41,701 nt of DNA, from positions 1-41,701 of IMG/VR virus record IMGVR_UViG_3300035135_001896; one strand, written 5' to 3'. The notes below the pieces were generated by a model that saw only the letters and a program-made list of their open reading frames with translations, had not been told where the DNA came from and ran no database searches. Both the position numbers and the translations under genes were made by a program. This stretch comes from a virus. Its lineage: Duplodnaviria > Caudoviricetes. Numbering within the stretch: the stretch's first letter is position 1; each line of letters opens with the position of its first letter. Positions 8,310 through 16,966 of this stretch are shown here, piece after piece.

Positions 8310-8321
8310 TCTTTATCAATT

Positions 8322-8347
8322 AAACTTTTTAAAAAGTCTATGTATAA
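8322..8347 (+). promoter_or_regulatory. Putative phage promoter AAAC-N17-TATAA
   Basis: AAAC 8322-8325, TATAA 8343-8347, upstream of the dCMP deaminase gene. Confidence 0.6.
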
Positions 8348-8370
8348 TAATAAATACATAGACTTTTTTT
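8331..8370 (+). terminator. Intrinsic terminator-like 15-bp inverted repeat
   Basis: AAAAAGTCTATGTAT (8331-8345), 8-nt loop, ATACATAGACTTTTT (8354-8368), T7 tract ending at 8370. Confidence 0.7.
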
Positions 8371-8796
8371 ATGCCTAAAGTACAGTCAGAACCAATTTAT
8401 ATGAGCATGGCTTATGAGATAGCCAAGCTAAGTTATGCCGAAAGAAGGCAGGTAGGATGTATTGTAGTTAAAAATCATCAAATAATTTCTACAGGTTACA
8501 ATGGAACTCCACATGGATTTGATAATTGTTGTGAAGCCCATGACGTTACTAAGAAAGAAGTTTTACATGCAGAATCTAACGCATTGATGAAGATTGCAAA
8601 ATCAACATTATCTTCTGAAGATTCTGAATTATACACTACAACGTGTCCGTGTTTTGATTGTGCTAAACTTATTATTCAAGCAGGTGTAAAGAAGGTTTAT
8701 TTTTGTGAAGATTACCGAGATATGACAGGTATCGCCCTGTTAGAAAGCGCAGGTATTAAAGTTAAACAATTAATCGTAGATAGAAATGGGATTTAA
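8371..8796 (+). CDS. dCMP deaminase
   Basis: RRQVGC.VV, ISTGYNG.P.G, LHAESNA and PCFDC zinc-binding motifs. Confidence 0.93.
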   Translation: MPKVQSEPIYMSMAYEIAKLSYAERRQVGCIVVKNHQIISTGYNGTPHGFDNCCEAHDVTKKEVLHAESNALMKIAKSTLSSEDSELYTTTCPCFDCAKLIIQAGVKKVYFCEDYRDMTGIALLESAGIKVKQLIVDRNGI

Positions 8797-8983
8797 TAAA
8801 TTACATGCCCCTGATGTAGAGGTTTTAACAGAGTATTTGTCTAAGTATGGAAGTGATGATTTTTACTTTGCATATATTAGAAAAAGAGAAGCCTTTATAG
8901 GTTCGGTAAAAAGCATTGATTTCTTAGATAAATTTATGGAAAGATATGAAAAAAGCAAAGAACCGTTCTACGAGTTGGTTTAA
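8786..8983 (+). CDS. Hypothetical protein
   Basis: 65 aa ORF overlapping the deaminase stop and filling the gap. Confidence 0.6.
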   Translation: MGFNKLHAPDVEVLTEYLSKYGSDDFYFAYIRKREAFIGSVKSIDFLDKFMERYEKSKEPFYELV

Positions 8984-9007
8984 ACAGATTTTAAATTTAT
9001 TGTATAA
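8982..9007 (+). promoter_or_regulatory. Putative phage promoter AAAC-N17-TATAA
   Basis: AAAC 8982-8985, TATAA 9003-9007, 13 nt before ATG 9021. Confidence 0.6.
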
Positions 9008-9020
9008 AAATAAACAAATT

Positions 9021-9569
9021 ATGTCAAACGATACGTTAGAAGAAATTAAACAGTACCAATGGGTCAAAGGAGATAACTTTGGTAAAGTTGTTGAAGTAGA
9101 TAAGGAAGACGACCAATTCCTATACTTTACAGACGGAAGTCAAATCTTTAAAAATGTAGTAAAAGAATTTTTAGAAGAAGTTAAAGATGGAAATCTACCT
9201 TTTCCGGGAGGTGATGAAATTGCAGCTAAAATAGAAGAAAGCGTTGAAACAGTTATTGAAGCTCCAAAGGCTACTATTCAAGTTTCATCTCCTAAAACTC
9301 CTTCCAACCTTTCTAAAGTTGATAATCCACTGAAGCAATTAGTTTCTAAGTTATCAAAGAAAAATGTAGAAAGTTTTTCAACAACGTTCGGTTTAAACAT
9401 TCCTAGTAAAGATATTTTCTCTATGTTAAATGAAACGTTTGAAGATGATTCATCTGAACTTATTGATGTAATCACTCAAAGTGCTATCGACCAAATAGAG
9501 ATAAATAAGTTACAAGAATTCCTAAAAGAAGAAGTAACTAACTACATTAAAAACTATTACAATGTCTAA
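9021..9569 (+). CDS. Hypothetical protein (start revised from 8946)
   Basis: The promoter motif lies inside the 8946-9020 extension; ATG 9021 (MSNDTLEEIK) has an A-rich leader. Confidence 0.7.
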   Translation: MSNDTLEEIKQYQWVKGDNFGKVVEVDKEDDQFLYFTDGSQIFKNVVKEFLEEVKDGNLPFPGGDEIAAKIEESVETVIEAPKATIQVSSPKTPSNLSKVDNPLKQLVSKLSKKNVESFSTTFGLNIPSKDIFSMLNETFEDDSSELIDVITQSAIDQIEINKLQEFLKEEVTNYIKNYYNV

Positions 9570-9990
9570 AAGAACTACATATTCAAGAATGCAAAGAAGA
9601 GCTCAATTTAGAGCTTCTTCATTTTTAAAAGTTAAAAACATGTATTCACGCTTTCACCCTTACGCTATTCAGTGGTATAAGCAAAGAAGAGAAGAAGGCT
9701 TAAACTTACACGATCAACATCTAAAAAGAGTTGAAGATAGTATAAGTGAACAGTTAGAAATTATTCTGGAAGGAAACTATGACGAAGAGACTGGTAAAGG
9801 TAGAAAAGGTGTTAAAAATACATGGAGAGAGATTGGATATAACGAAGAAGAAATAGCTTTATTAGAAGAAGCTTGGGCCTCTCTTGCCATTAAAGATAAA
9901 GAAACCTATAGAGAAGATAAAAAGAAAGCTAAGGCTTTAAGAAAAGAAGCTGAAGAAAAAAGAAGAAGTAGGTTAAATGCAAAAAATTAG
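9562..9990 (+). CDS. Hypothetical protein with basic termini
   Basis: 142 aa ORF overlapping both neighbours; K/R-rich ends. Confidence 0.7.
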   Translation: MSKRTTYSRMQRRAQFRASSFLKVKNMYSRFHPYAIQWYKQRREEGLNLHDQHLKRVEDSISEQLEIILEGNYDEETGKGRKGVKNTWREIGYNEEEIALLEEAWASLAIKDKETYREDKKKAKALRKEAEEKRRSRLNAKN

Positions 9991-10294
9991 TTTAGAGCTA
10001 GCTGATAACGGTGTCATTAAAAAAATAACTGATGACAATATAAACGCAGCTGGAGAAACATTCGAATCTGTTGTTGTTTATGAAATAGAAGGCGGCAACA
10101 AGAATAAGATTAAGTTTATCAATGAACTTTGTGTCGATGTCGGCGTAGACTTTGGCAATTCTCGTACAAGAGAGCAGATAAAAATCATTGAAGGTTGGGG
10201 TGATAATTATACACCTACCAACTCTGAAATAAAAATGAAGATTGAATCCTTAAGCAACGAAATACAAAGGCTTAAAGGATTGATTAAACCATAA
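9977..10294 (+). CDS. Hypothetical protein
   Basis: 105 aa ORF with a short C-terminal coiled coil; TAATG-coupled. Confidence 0.7.
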   Translation: MQKISLELADNGVIKKITDDNINAAGETFESVVVYEIEGGNKNKIKFINELCVDVGVDFGNSRTREQIKIIEGWGDNYTPTNSEIKMKIESLSNEIQRLKGLIKP

Positions 10295-10701
10295 TGGAAC
10301 AAAACTATACAGTTGACTGTGTTTGGTGTAACTCTAAAAAGGAGTTCAATAAATATGTTAGGTGTTATGGGTCAGATTCAAAGATAGTTGATTATGTCGC
10401 TATTAAAACTAAGTTGATTAAATCCGATCCTTATGGAGAAGAACCACACCCTAACATTATTGGAATAAACATCACTTCTGAAATAAATAATTTCTTTAAT
10501 GGCAACAAGCCACATGTCAATCTAATATACTTATTTAAAAATCTAGATAGCGAGACCGTTACTAATTTAAAGGAAATAATGGACGAATCGTGTGAAGAGG
10601 AAATATCCTATGAATATAACCTGGTTATTATTAATAGAGATGACTATCCTAAGAAAGGAGTACTCAACCATTTCGATAACGTCAAGTTTATTGAATCATG
10701 A
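10294..10701 (+). CDS. Hypothetical protein
   Basis: 135 aa ORF coupled on both sides. Confidence 0.7.
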   Translation: MEQNYTVDCVWCNSKKEFNKYVRCYGSDSKIVDYVAIKTKLIKSDPYGEEPHPNIIGINITSEINNFFNGNKPHVNLIYLFKNLDSETVTNLKEIMDESCEEEISYEYNLVIINRDDYPKKGVLNHFDNVKFIES

Positions 10702-11288
10702 TAAGACACCAGCTTTTTTCGAAAGGCGAGAAAATACATGCTTTAATATCTAATTCCCGCCACTCACATATCGTTTTTCCTGTCACTGCTATTATTCATG
10801 ACGTGCAGTTTGATGAACAAATGCCCAGGTATCAAATAAGAATAACTAAATTCTGGGATGATTTAGAATTCTTAAAGAGATATTTGTTTGATATGAGGTT
10901 TGATAAAACCTTTACTGGTAAAACTACAAGATTTTCTTTTAAAAGAACCAACTATAAATCGATGGCAGATTTTCAAGCGGCCATTGACTCTAATTGGGAA
11001 GCTTATATGATTGTAGTTGACTCGGTGATGTGTGTTAAAACCTATAAAGAAATGAATTCTTTGTTTAATGATATACAGGATTTTCTTGTGGAAAAGAATT
11101 TTAAAGACCTTTATGATATGACAACTCGCAACTTCTACTCTAAAGGAAATTACTTTTATCGTACAAGGGGTATTTTTGAAGCACACCTTAAAAAAATGTT
11201 AGGAGAAAGGGAACCTAAGATAAAAAACTTTTTTAATAAACTTTTTTATAGACCTACCTCTGACGAACTCGATAAACTAGAAAGATAG
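10698..11288 (+). CDS. Hypothetical protein
   Basis: 196 aa ORF with an ATGA overlap to the previous gene. Confidence 0.7.
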   Translation: MIRHQLFSKGEKIHALISNSRHSHIVFPVTAIIHDVQFDEQMPRYQIRITKFWDDLEFLKRYLFDMRFDKTFTGKTTRFSFKRTNYKSMADFQAAIDSNWEAYMIVVDSVMCVKTYKEMNSLFNDIQDFLVEKNFKDLYDMTTRNFYSKGNYFYRTRGIFEAHLKKMLGEREPKIKNFFNKLFYRPTSDELDKLER

Positions 11289-11289
11289 G

Positions 11290-11297
11290 GATATATA
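11290..11297 (+). promoter_or_regulatory. Putative late promoter GATATATA
   Basis: In the 31-nt spacer at the head of the structural module. Confidence 0.7.
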
Positions 11298-11319
11298 GTT
11301 TGAAATATATTTCTTACTT

Positions 11320-13026
11320 ATGCCTTTTGGAATTGAAATACCTACTGCTACTCAGGTAGCCGAATTTTTTGATTTAGAGTCTTCGGATGGTGTTCATAGA
11401 AAACCTGAGGGTTCTTCTAACACTTTAAAGTCTTCTTTGACAACTGACAATACTTTACAGTTGGCAGGTAAAACTGATACGAATACACTAGATGTAAAAG
11501 GATTGCGTAGTGTTTATTACACTAAAGAATTTGATTCAGTTGAATATAAGCCTGAAACAGGCCCTTCAGCAGGTATGAGTATTACAGATGGTCCTAGACC
11601 CTATGCTGTATTTAATAAATACTCTTTAGCTAATTATAGAGGTACTCCTTTGACAGGTTCTAGAAAAGGTAATGCTAAAATAGAATACAATAAAATAGAC
11701 CCTGAAACTCTTCAAAACCCGACGGTTAGCAAGATAATAGAAATTACTAGTCAAAAAACTGGAAGCGGAGGAGGAGCAAATTTAGGTTATAGATACAATT
11801 ACTCTGACTTTGCACTATGTAAATACTTTGGTAGGATTCCTAACAACATGATGATTACTCTTCGTAGATTTCCTTTTCCATGTCCAGACGATATTGTAAC
11901 TCCACAGGGAATTGGACCTGATGGAAAGATGGAAGAGCTACAACAACCAGATATTGCTAGAGCTGTTACTTGGATGGGAGAAGCTCCTGGAAATCCATTT
12001 ACAGAAATAGTTAAGTTTGATACAGGTATTAATTGGAAAGAAGAGACTGCAGATGTTCAGGACCTTCAAAGCCAGAGAAAAGGAAAGAGTGGTGCCTTTG
12101 GTAGCTTTTTTAATAGTAGTGCTCTGTTAAAGGCAGGTGCTAATGCAGCTGAAGGTAGAGGAGCTTATGAATCTGCAACTCGAGAAGCTAATGCCGGCTA
12201 CGATGCATTTAAGGCTACTTACCCTAACCACGTATTCGGACCATATAACGTCATTAAGCAAGTTTTAGCCAGAGAGCAAGGTATGACGATGAGTCAAGAG
12301 TTTACTCTCAAATTTGAATATGAGCTTAGAAGTTTTGCAGGAGCAAATCCTAAAATTATGATGTTAGACCAATTGGCCAACATAATGGCCCTAACATACA
12401 ACACAGCTCCTTTCTGGGGAGGTGCCGTTAGATATATTGGAGACGGTTCTGTTGGAAAGCCTCTAGGAGATTTAGGTCTATTAAGAGAAGGTAAATATGG
12501 TAGCTTTTTAAAATCTGTAGTTAGTGATTTAGGTGGAATGTTTAAAGGAGTTGGTTCAGATATAGCGGGTATTTTCGAAGGAAAAGATTCAAAGGTTCTT
12601 AATAATTTAATTGGAGGTACTCTTCAAAAATTATTTAATTCGCCACAAGGTGGACAAGTTGCTAACTCACTTTTAACAGGTGACCCAACTGGACAATGGC
12701 ATGTTACAGTTGGAAATCCATTAAATCCTATTATGGTTATAGGAAACCTTGCATGTACAGGAACTAAAGTTAGTTTTGATGGTCCAATGGGATTACAGGA
12801 TTTTCCTGAAAAAATGTTTGTTGAAGTTACATTAAAACCAGGTAGACCTAGAGATAAAGCAGACATCGAATCAATGTTTAACGCCGGAAGAGGTAGATTC
12901 TACTTACAACCATCAGACGCAGCTGACATTAACGATACATACGACGTAAGTCAATATGGTAACAAGGATAGAAGCGGTGGTTCTAACCCATTAAATTCTG
13001 AATTTAGAAAAATAGGTAACGGATAA
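11320..13026 (+). CDS. Putative baseplate/tail-tube junction protein (gp48/gp54-like)
   Basis: Position directly before the LysM/gp53-like gene; C-terminal beta-rich tube-like segment (FTLKFEYELRS..WHVTVGNP..IGNL.C..V.F..D.FP..VEVTLKP). Assignment rests mainly on synteny. Confidence 0.45.
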   Translation: MPFGIEIPTATQVAEFFDLESSDGVHRKPEGSSNTLKSSLTTDNTLQLAGKTDTNTLDVKGLRSVYYTKEFDSVEYKPETGPSAGMSITDGPRPYAVFNKYSLANYRGTPLTGSRKGNAKIEYNKIDPETLQNPTVSKIIEITSQKTGSGGGANLGYRYNYSDFALCKYFGRIPNNMMITLRRFPFPCPDDIVTPQGIGPDGKMEELQQPDIARAVTWMGEAPGNPFTEIVKFDTGINWKEETADVQDLQSQRKGKSGAFGSFFNSSALLKAGANAAEGRGAYESATREANAGYDAFKATYPNHVFGPYNVIKQVLAREQGMTMSQEFTLKFEYELRSFAGANPKIMMLDQLANIMALTYNTAPFWGGAVRYIGDGSVGKPLGDLGLLREGKYGSFLKSVVSDLGGMFKGVGSDIAGIFEGKDSKVLNNLIGGTLQKLFNSPQGGQVANSLLTGDPTGQWHVTVGNPLNPIMVIGNLACTGTKVSFDGPMGLQDFPEKMFVEVTLKPGRPRDKADIESMFNAGRGRFYLQPSDAADINDTYDVSQYGNKDRSGGSNPLNSEFRKIGNG

Positions 13027-13526
13027 TGGATTTTAGAACTATAAAAAATAAACTCGTTATTGGTGATAAAATTAGAATGACACATCCTACATTGTTGTTT
13101 AATTTTGATAATACACCAGTTATAGATGAGCATATAGTAGAATCTGATGAAACTTGTAGAATTGATTTAATTTCTTTAAAGTATTACAGAAGCGATAACT
13201 ATGTGGATTATATTTTAAAGTTTAACGGCATTTCAAATCCTTTTACTATTAAAGAGGGTGATGTACTTAAAATACCAGCTAATACAACCGTTTTAAAGAC
13301 GTTTAAACCAGTTAAGGAAATTGGTCAAAGTGAGAGAATTGAAAACGCGGTAAGAGACCAGTTCATAGATACTAAAAGATTACCTGCTAAAGATGCAAAC
13401 AGAATTGAATATCTAAAAAGAAAGGCTTCACTTAAGAAAAATGGTTCAAAGGAAATTCTTCCTCCAAACGTTTTAAAGACAGATGAAAAGAATATCCAAA
13501 TTAACGGTGGAACAATAACCATTTAA
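13026..13526 (+). CDS. Baseplate wedge protein with LysM-like domain (T4 gp53-like)
   Basis: RIDLISLKYY..DYILKFNGISNPFTIKEGDVLKIP signature. Confidence 0.8.
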   Translation: MDFRTIKNKLVIGDKIRMTHPTLLFNFDNTPVIDEHIVESDETCRIDLISLKYYRSDNYVDYILKFNGISNPFTIKEGDVLKIPANTTVLKTFKPVKEIGQSERIENAVRDQFIDTKRLPAKDANRIEYLKRKASLKKNGSKEILPPNVLKTDEKNIQINGGTITI

Positions 13527-13536
13527 ATCTTAGAGT

Positions 13537-15018
13537 ATGGCATTAGACAATCATATACTTACAATTACTGAACCTACTATTAAACTCGACGAGTTAAAGT
13601 ACAAAGCGTATAACGAGGAAGAAGGTGGTAGTAAAACTTCACAGGGTTACGGTAACGAAGCTCCTTTGATAGTTATCAATGGTTATACTTTTCACGATGA
13701 AGATATTCAGTCTATGGTTATAGACCTTGAAAATAAAATTCCTACAATATCTTTGACACTTCTTGATAGTCAAGCAGGTCTTATGGCCGATCAGTTTCCT
13801 AGAGATGGGGATGTCATTAATGTTAGAATAGCTTCAAGACAGGTTGATACCTTTAAAGATATTAGAATAGATTTTGATATTGATAGTGTTGCTGGTCCAA
13901 AACAAAATGCCATAGATAAAGGTACTGGTGGAGCTAAGTTTAATTTAACCGGTCGTATGAAAATACCAGGAATGTATGCCGAAGATTGTAAAGCTCTCGG
14001 AAAAGGAACTTCTTTGGACCATATTGAAATGTTGTCTACTGATTTAGGATTAGGTCTTGCAACTAACATAGATTCTTCCGATGACGAGATGAATTTAATA
14101 GTTGGCTATGAGCCTATGTGTGACGTAATCGATAATTTGATTAAACACTCCTACGTAAGTGAAGAAAGTTTTCAAACATATAATATCGACCCTTACTATT
14201 ATTTAAACTATGTAGATTTAAATAAGTTAATGGATTCCCCTGAAGATATTGAAACTACATTTGCAAATTTACTTGATAACTTTAATAATGAAGAGGCTGG
14301 TGGAGATTCTGAAGAAGACAAAGATGAAGGTCCTTTGCTTTTAACAAATCACAGTAAAATAGAAGGAACCAACTTTTTTGTATCAGGATATTCTCTTAGA
14401 CAAGATGCTGGAACAGCTGCCAAAAAGAATGGATACAAAAGAGTGCTACAGTATTTTGAAGATGATTCTGAAGAAGGTGTAGTTAGTTTTGAAATGGAAC
14501 CTCTATCTAGTAAGGAATTAAAAGATATTGAAGAACCTCAAAAAGGCAGAAGAGGTGAAGAAACTTACAAAAAAGAAATAAAGTATAAGTACGCTGGTAG
14601 AAAGAACGCAGACCCTGAAACTTCTAGCACACATTTAAATTATTCTTTTGCCGCTGTTCATAATCATCAGAACATGACAGAGGCAACTAAGAGCAAACTA
14701 ATACTTCAGCTGAATGGATTTTCACCTAACTTACATAGATGGCAAAAGGTTCCTGTTGCAATCTTTGGAGAAACTCAACAGCAGATTGCAGCCGCAGATG
14801 CAGTTAAACAGGCCAAAGAAGAAAAAGGGTTTGAGGTAAAAGATAAAGTCGACAGAGAAGATGAAATCAAAGACCCTTCAGTTTTAGATGAATTCTTAAG
14901 CGGATTCTATGTAATAGGCGGAATGAAGATAACATATAAAGGAGCTGATGAAAAAGTAAGACAAACTTTAACTTTATATAGAAGAGAGTGGCCTGGTAGA
15001 TTGAACAATATGGGCTAA
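13537..15018 (+). CDS. Putative baseplate hub protein (gp27/GpD-like)
   Basis: Between gp53-like and gp5-like genes; P.ISLTLLD..FP.DGD.INV.I at the N-terminus, IDPYYYLNY, and C-terminal LSGFYVI..ITY..QTLTL.RR. Confidence 0.6.
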   Translation: MALDNHILTITEPTIKLDELKYKAYNEEEGGSKTSQGYGNEAPLIVINGYTFHDEDIQSMVIDLENKIPTISLTLLDSQAGLMADQFPRDGDVINVRIASRQVDTFKDIRIDFDIDSVAGPKQNAIDKGTGGAKFNLTGRMKIPGMYAEDCKALGKGTSLDHIEMLSTDLGLGLATNIDSSDDEMNLIVGYEPMCDVIDNLIKHSYVSEESFQTYNIDPYYYLNYVDLNKLMDSPEDIETTFANLLDNFNNEEAGGDSEEDKDEGPLLLTNHSKIEGTNFFVSGYSLRQDAGTAAKKNGYKRVLQYFEDDSEEGVVSFEMEPLSSKELKDIEEPQKGRRGEETYKKEIKYKYAGRKNADPETSSTHLNYSFAAVHNHQNMTEATKSKLILQLNGFSPNLHRWQKVPVAIFGETQQQIAAADAVKQAKEEKGFEVKDKVDREDEIKDPSVLDEFLSGFYVIGGMKITYKGADEKVRQTLTLYRREWPGRLNNMG

Positions 15019-15028
15019 TACTAAAATG

Positions 15029-15036
15029 AATATATA
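15029..15036 (+). promoter_or_regulatory. Putative late promoter AATATATA
   Basis: Intergenic, 4 nt before ATG 15041. Confidence 0.55.
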
Positions 15037-15040
15037 AGAC

Positions 15041-16258
15041 ATGGCAGACTTTAAGACAGGATTAGATTTTAGAAAAGGAAGGCTTAATAAGAGATACCCT
15101 TATCAAGACCCGACGTACCTTTCGTTTGTCCTATTATTTGATAGGTCAAATCCTGCAAAGTCACCTCTTTTTTCAGGTGCAGCCGAAGCGTGGATGCAAG
15201 AAAACCTAATAGACGGTAATAATGTAAATGCTACTAAATGGGAAGAAAAGTTAGAGGCTCTTCAAAACTTTAAAAAGGCTCTTTTCGAAATTAATTCAGA
15301 ATTGCCTTGGACTTTTCAGACCCTATCAGGTTTAGATAGATTAGTTAAGTACAATAAAATGAATGCTTATTGGGGAGGAGATGATGCTGCTATTAGTATT
15401 GCATGTCTAGAAAGTTTAAATCTACCTATTGCAGGTCTAATGCACTTATATAAGAAAGCGGTATGGGATGATGAAAAGTGGACTTATGTTTTACCTGCTA
15501 ACCTTAGAAAATTTTCAGTTGGAATATATGTAACTGAAATTAGACAAATTAAAAATCAATCTAAACCAACTATTGGAGGTTTACCAAAGGCGAATAGAGA
15601 AAGTTTAAGAGAGTTTCCTAGTAACTTTAAACCTTCGCTTGGAATTGAAAACAGTAATACTGGAATATCAGGAAGTAAAGGTAGACCATTCTTTTATTTT
15701 CAACTAGGATATTGTGAATGGTTATTAGATAGTGGAGCAACCCCGTTTGCCGACTTATCTAAAAATCCTGAAGGAGCCGCCGTTAATACGTTAGATTTTA
15801 CATACGAGCAATTACATAAAGTTGATGCTAGAGTCTTAAACGGTATGATAGTTGATTCTAGAAACGATGAAAAAGAGGCACCATCATACGATCCTGAAGA
15901 CCTAGAACATGGAAGTTTAAAAGACTACTTGTTGTCTAAAGGAGAAGAAAAGTTAAATGACTTAGCAGAAAGAGCAGTTGGTGATTTAGAAAGAATGGGC
16001 CAACAGAAAGTACAAGAGTTAAAACAACAGGCTTCTGACATAGTTAGAAGAAATACACCCAATTTTGAAAACATTTATCAAGATTTTGTTCAAGGAGTAG
16101 ACAGCGCAACCGATCTTCCTAGCCAACAAAGAGAGGTTTCTCAACAAATTTTTGATAACGTTTTCGCTGACAGCGTTCCTCCTGGAACTAACATCGGAGA
16201 CGCGTTAAATAGCGCTGCCAGAGAATCTTTAGGAAATATACACGATGGCGACGGATAA
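15041..16258 (+). CDS. Putative structural protein (tail-tube-like/baseplate)
   Basis: 405 aa ORF inside the baseplate cluster; family not recognised with certainty. Confidence 0.45.
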   Translation: MADFKTGLDFRKGRLNKRYPYQDPTYLSFVLLFDRSNPAKSPLFSGAAEAWMQENLIDGNNVNATKWEEKLEALQNFKKALFEINSELPWTFQTLSGLDRLVKYNKMNAYWGGDDAAISIACLESLNLPIAGLMHLYKKAVWDDEKWTYVLPANLRKFSVGIYVTEIRQIKNQSKPTIGGLPKANRESLREFPSNFKPSLGIENSNTGISGSKGRPFFYFQLGYCEWLLDSGATPFADLSKNPEGAAVNTLDFTYEQLHKVDARVLNGMIVDSRNDEKEAPSYDPEDLEHGSLKDYLLSKGEEKLNDLAERAVGDLERMGQQKVQELKQQASDIVRRNTPNFENIYQDFVQGVDSATDLPSQQREVSQQIFDNVFADSVPPGTNIGDALNSAARESLGNIHDGDG

Positions 16259-16964
16259 GGAATTATTAAGAGACAACTTAAGAGAAACTCATTGGCTAGG
16301 TGAGGTTATCGACAACGAAGACCCAAGTAATTTAGGAAGATGTAAAGTAAAGGTTATAGGTAAGTTTGATAATTTACCCGATGAAGCTATTCCATGGGCA
16401 ACTCCTATGAATAGAGACCACGTTGGAGCACATTCAATTCCTAGAGTAGGAGATATTGTGGCAGTCAGATTTGACAACGGTAACCTTTATCACCCTGAGT
16501 ATTGGTTTCAAATTAATCAGAATAAAGAGTTAAAGGAAGACATTCTAGATGCCTCTGCTGAACCACATAATGTAGTATCATTAGTATATGATGCAGAAAG
16601 AAATATAAGGATATATCATTCTAAAGAGGATGGTCTTGTAATTACAAGAGGTGAAGGTGCTAAAGAAAGACCAATAATTCAATTAGATGAAAATGGTATT
16701 ATTAAAGTTTCTTCCGATGAAAAAATCTTTTTAGATTCAGGAAACATCTTTATCTCAAACACAGGTGAAGACAGTGAAGATGAAAGTCAACCTGCCGTAA
16801 GAGGTGTTTCTCTTGAAGAGTGGTTAAACGCATGGTTAGACGACTATAAAGCTCACACCCACCCTACTGGTGTTGGTCCTTCTGGAGCTCCACTGCCACC
16901 TACTCCTATTTTTATTAGTACTGCTAAAAGTAAGCACATTGATTATCAACAAAAAAATAAGTAA
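16245..16964 (+). CDS. Baseplate central spike (gp5/gpV-like OB fold, HxH tip)
   Basis: GEVIDNEDP..LGRCKVKV.G, IPWA.P, IPRVGD.V.V.F.NGN...P.Y; C-terminal AHTHP; no lysozyme domain. Confidence 0.85.
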   Translation: MATDKELLRDNLRETHWLGEVIDNEDPSNLGRCKVKVIGKFDNLPDEAIPWATPMNRDHVGAHSIPRVGDIVAVRFDNGNLYHPEYWFQINQNKELKEDILDASAEPHNVVSLVYDAERNIRIYHSKEDGLVITRGEGAKERPIIQLDENGIIKVSSDEKIFLDSGNIFISNTGEDSEDESQPAVRGVSLEEWLNAWLDDYKAHTHPTGVGPSGAPLPPTPIFISTAKSKHIDYQQKNK

Positions 16965-16966
16965 GA

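Noticed and set aside
8946-9020. N-terminal extension of ORF 8946..9569
   Set aside because: Overlaps the previous gene and contains the promoter motif; 9021 is the better start.
10294-10701. Possible degenerate kinase-like alpha/beta fold
   Set aside because: No Walker A or other diagnostic residues; impression only.
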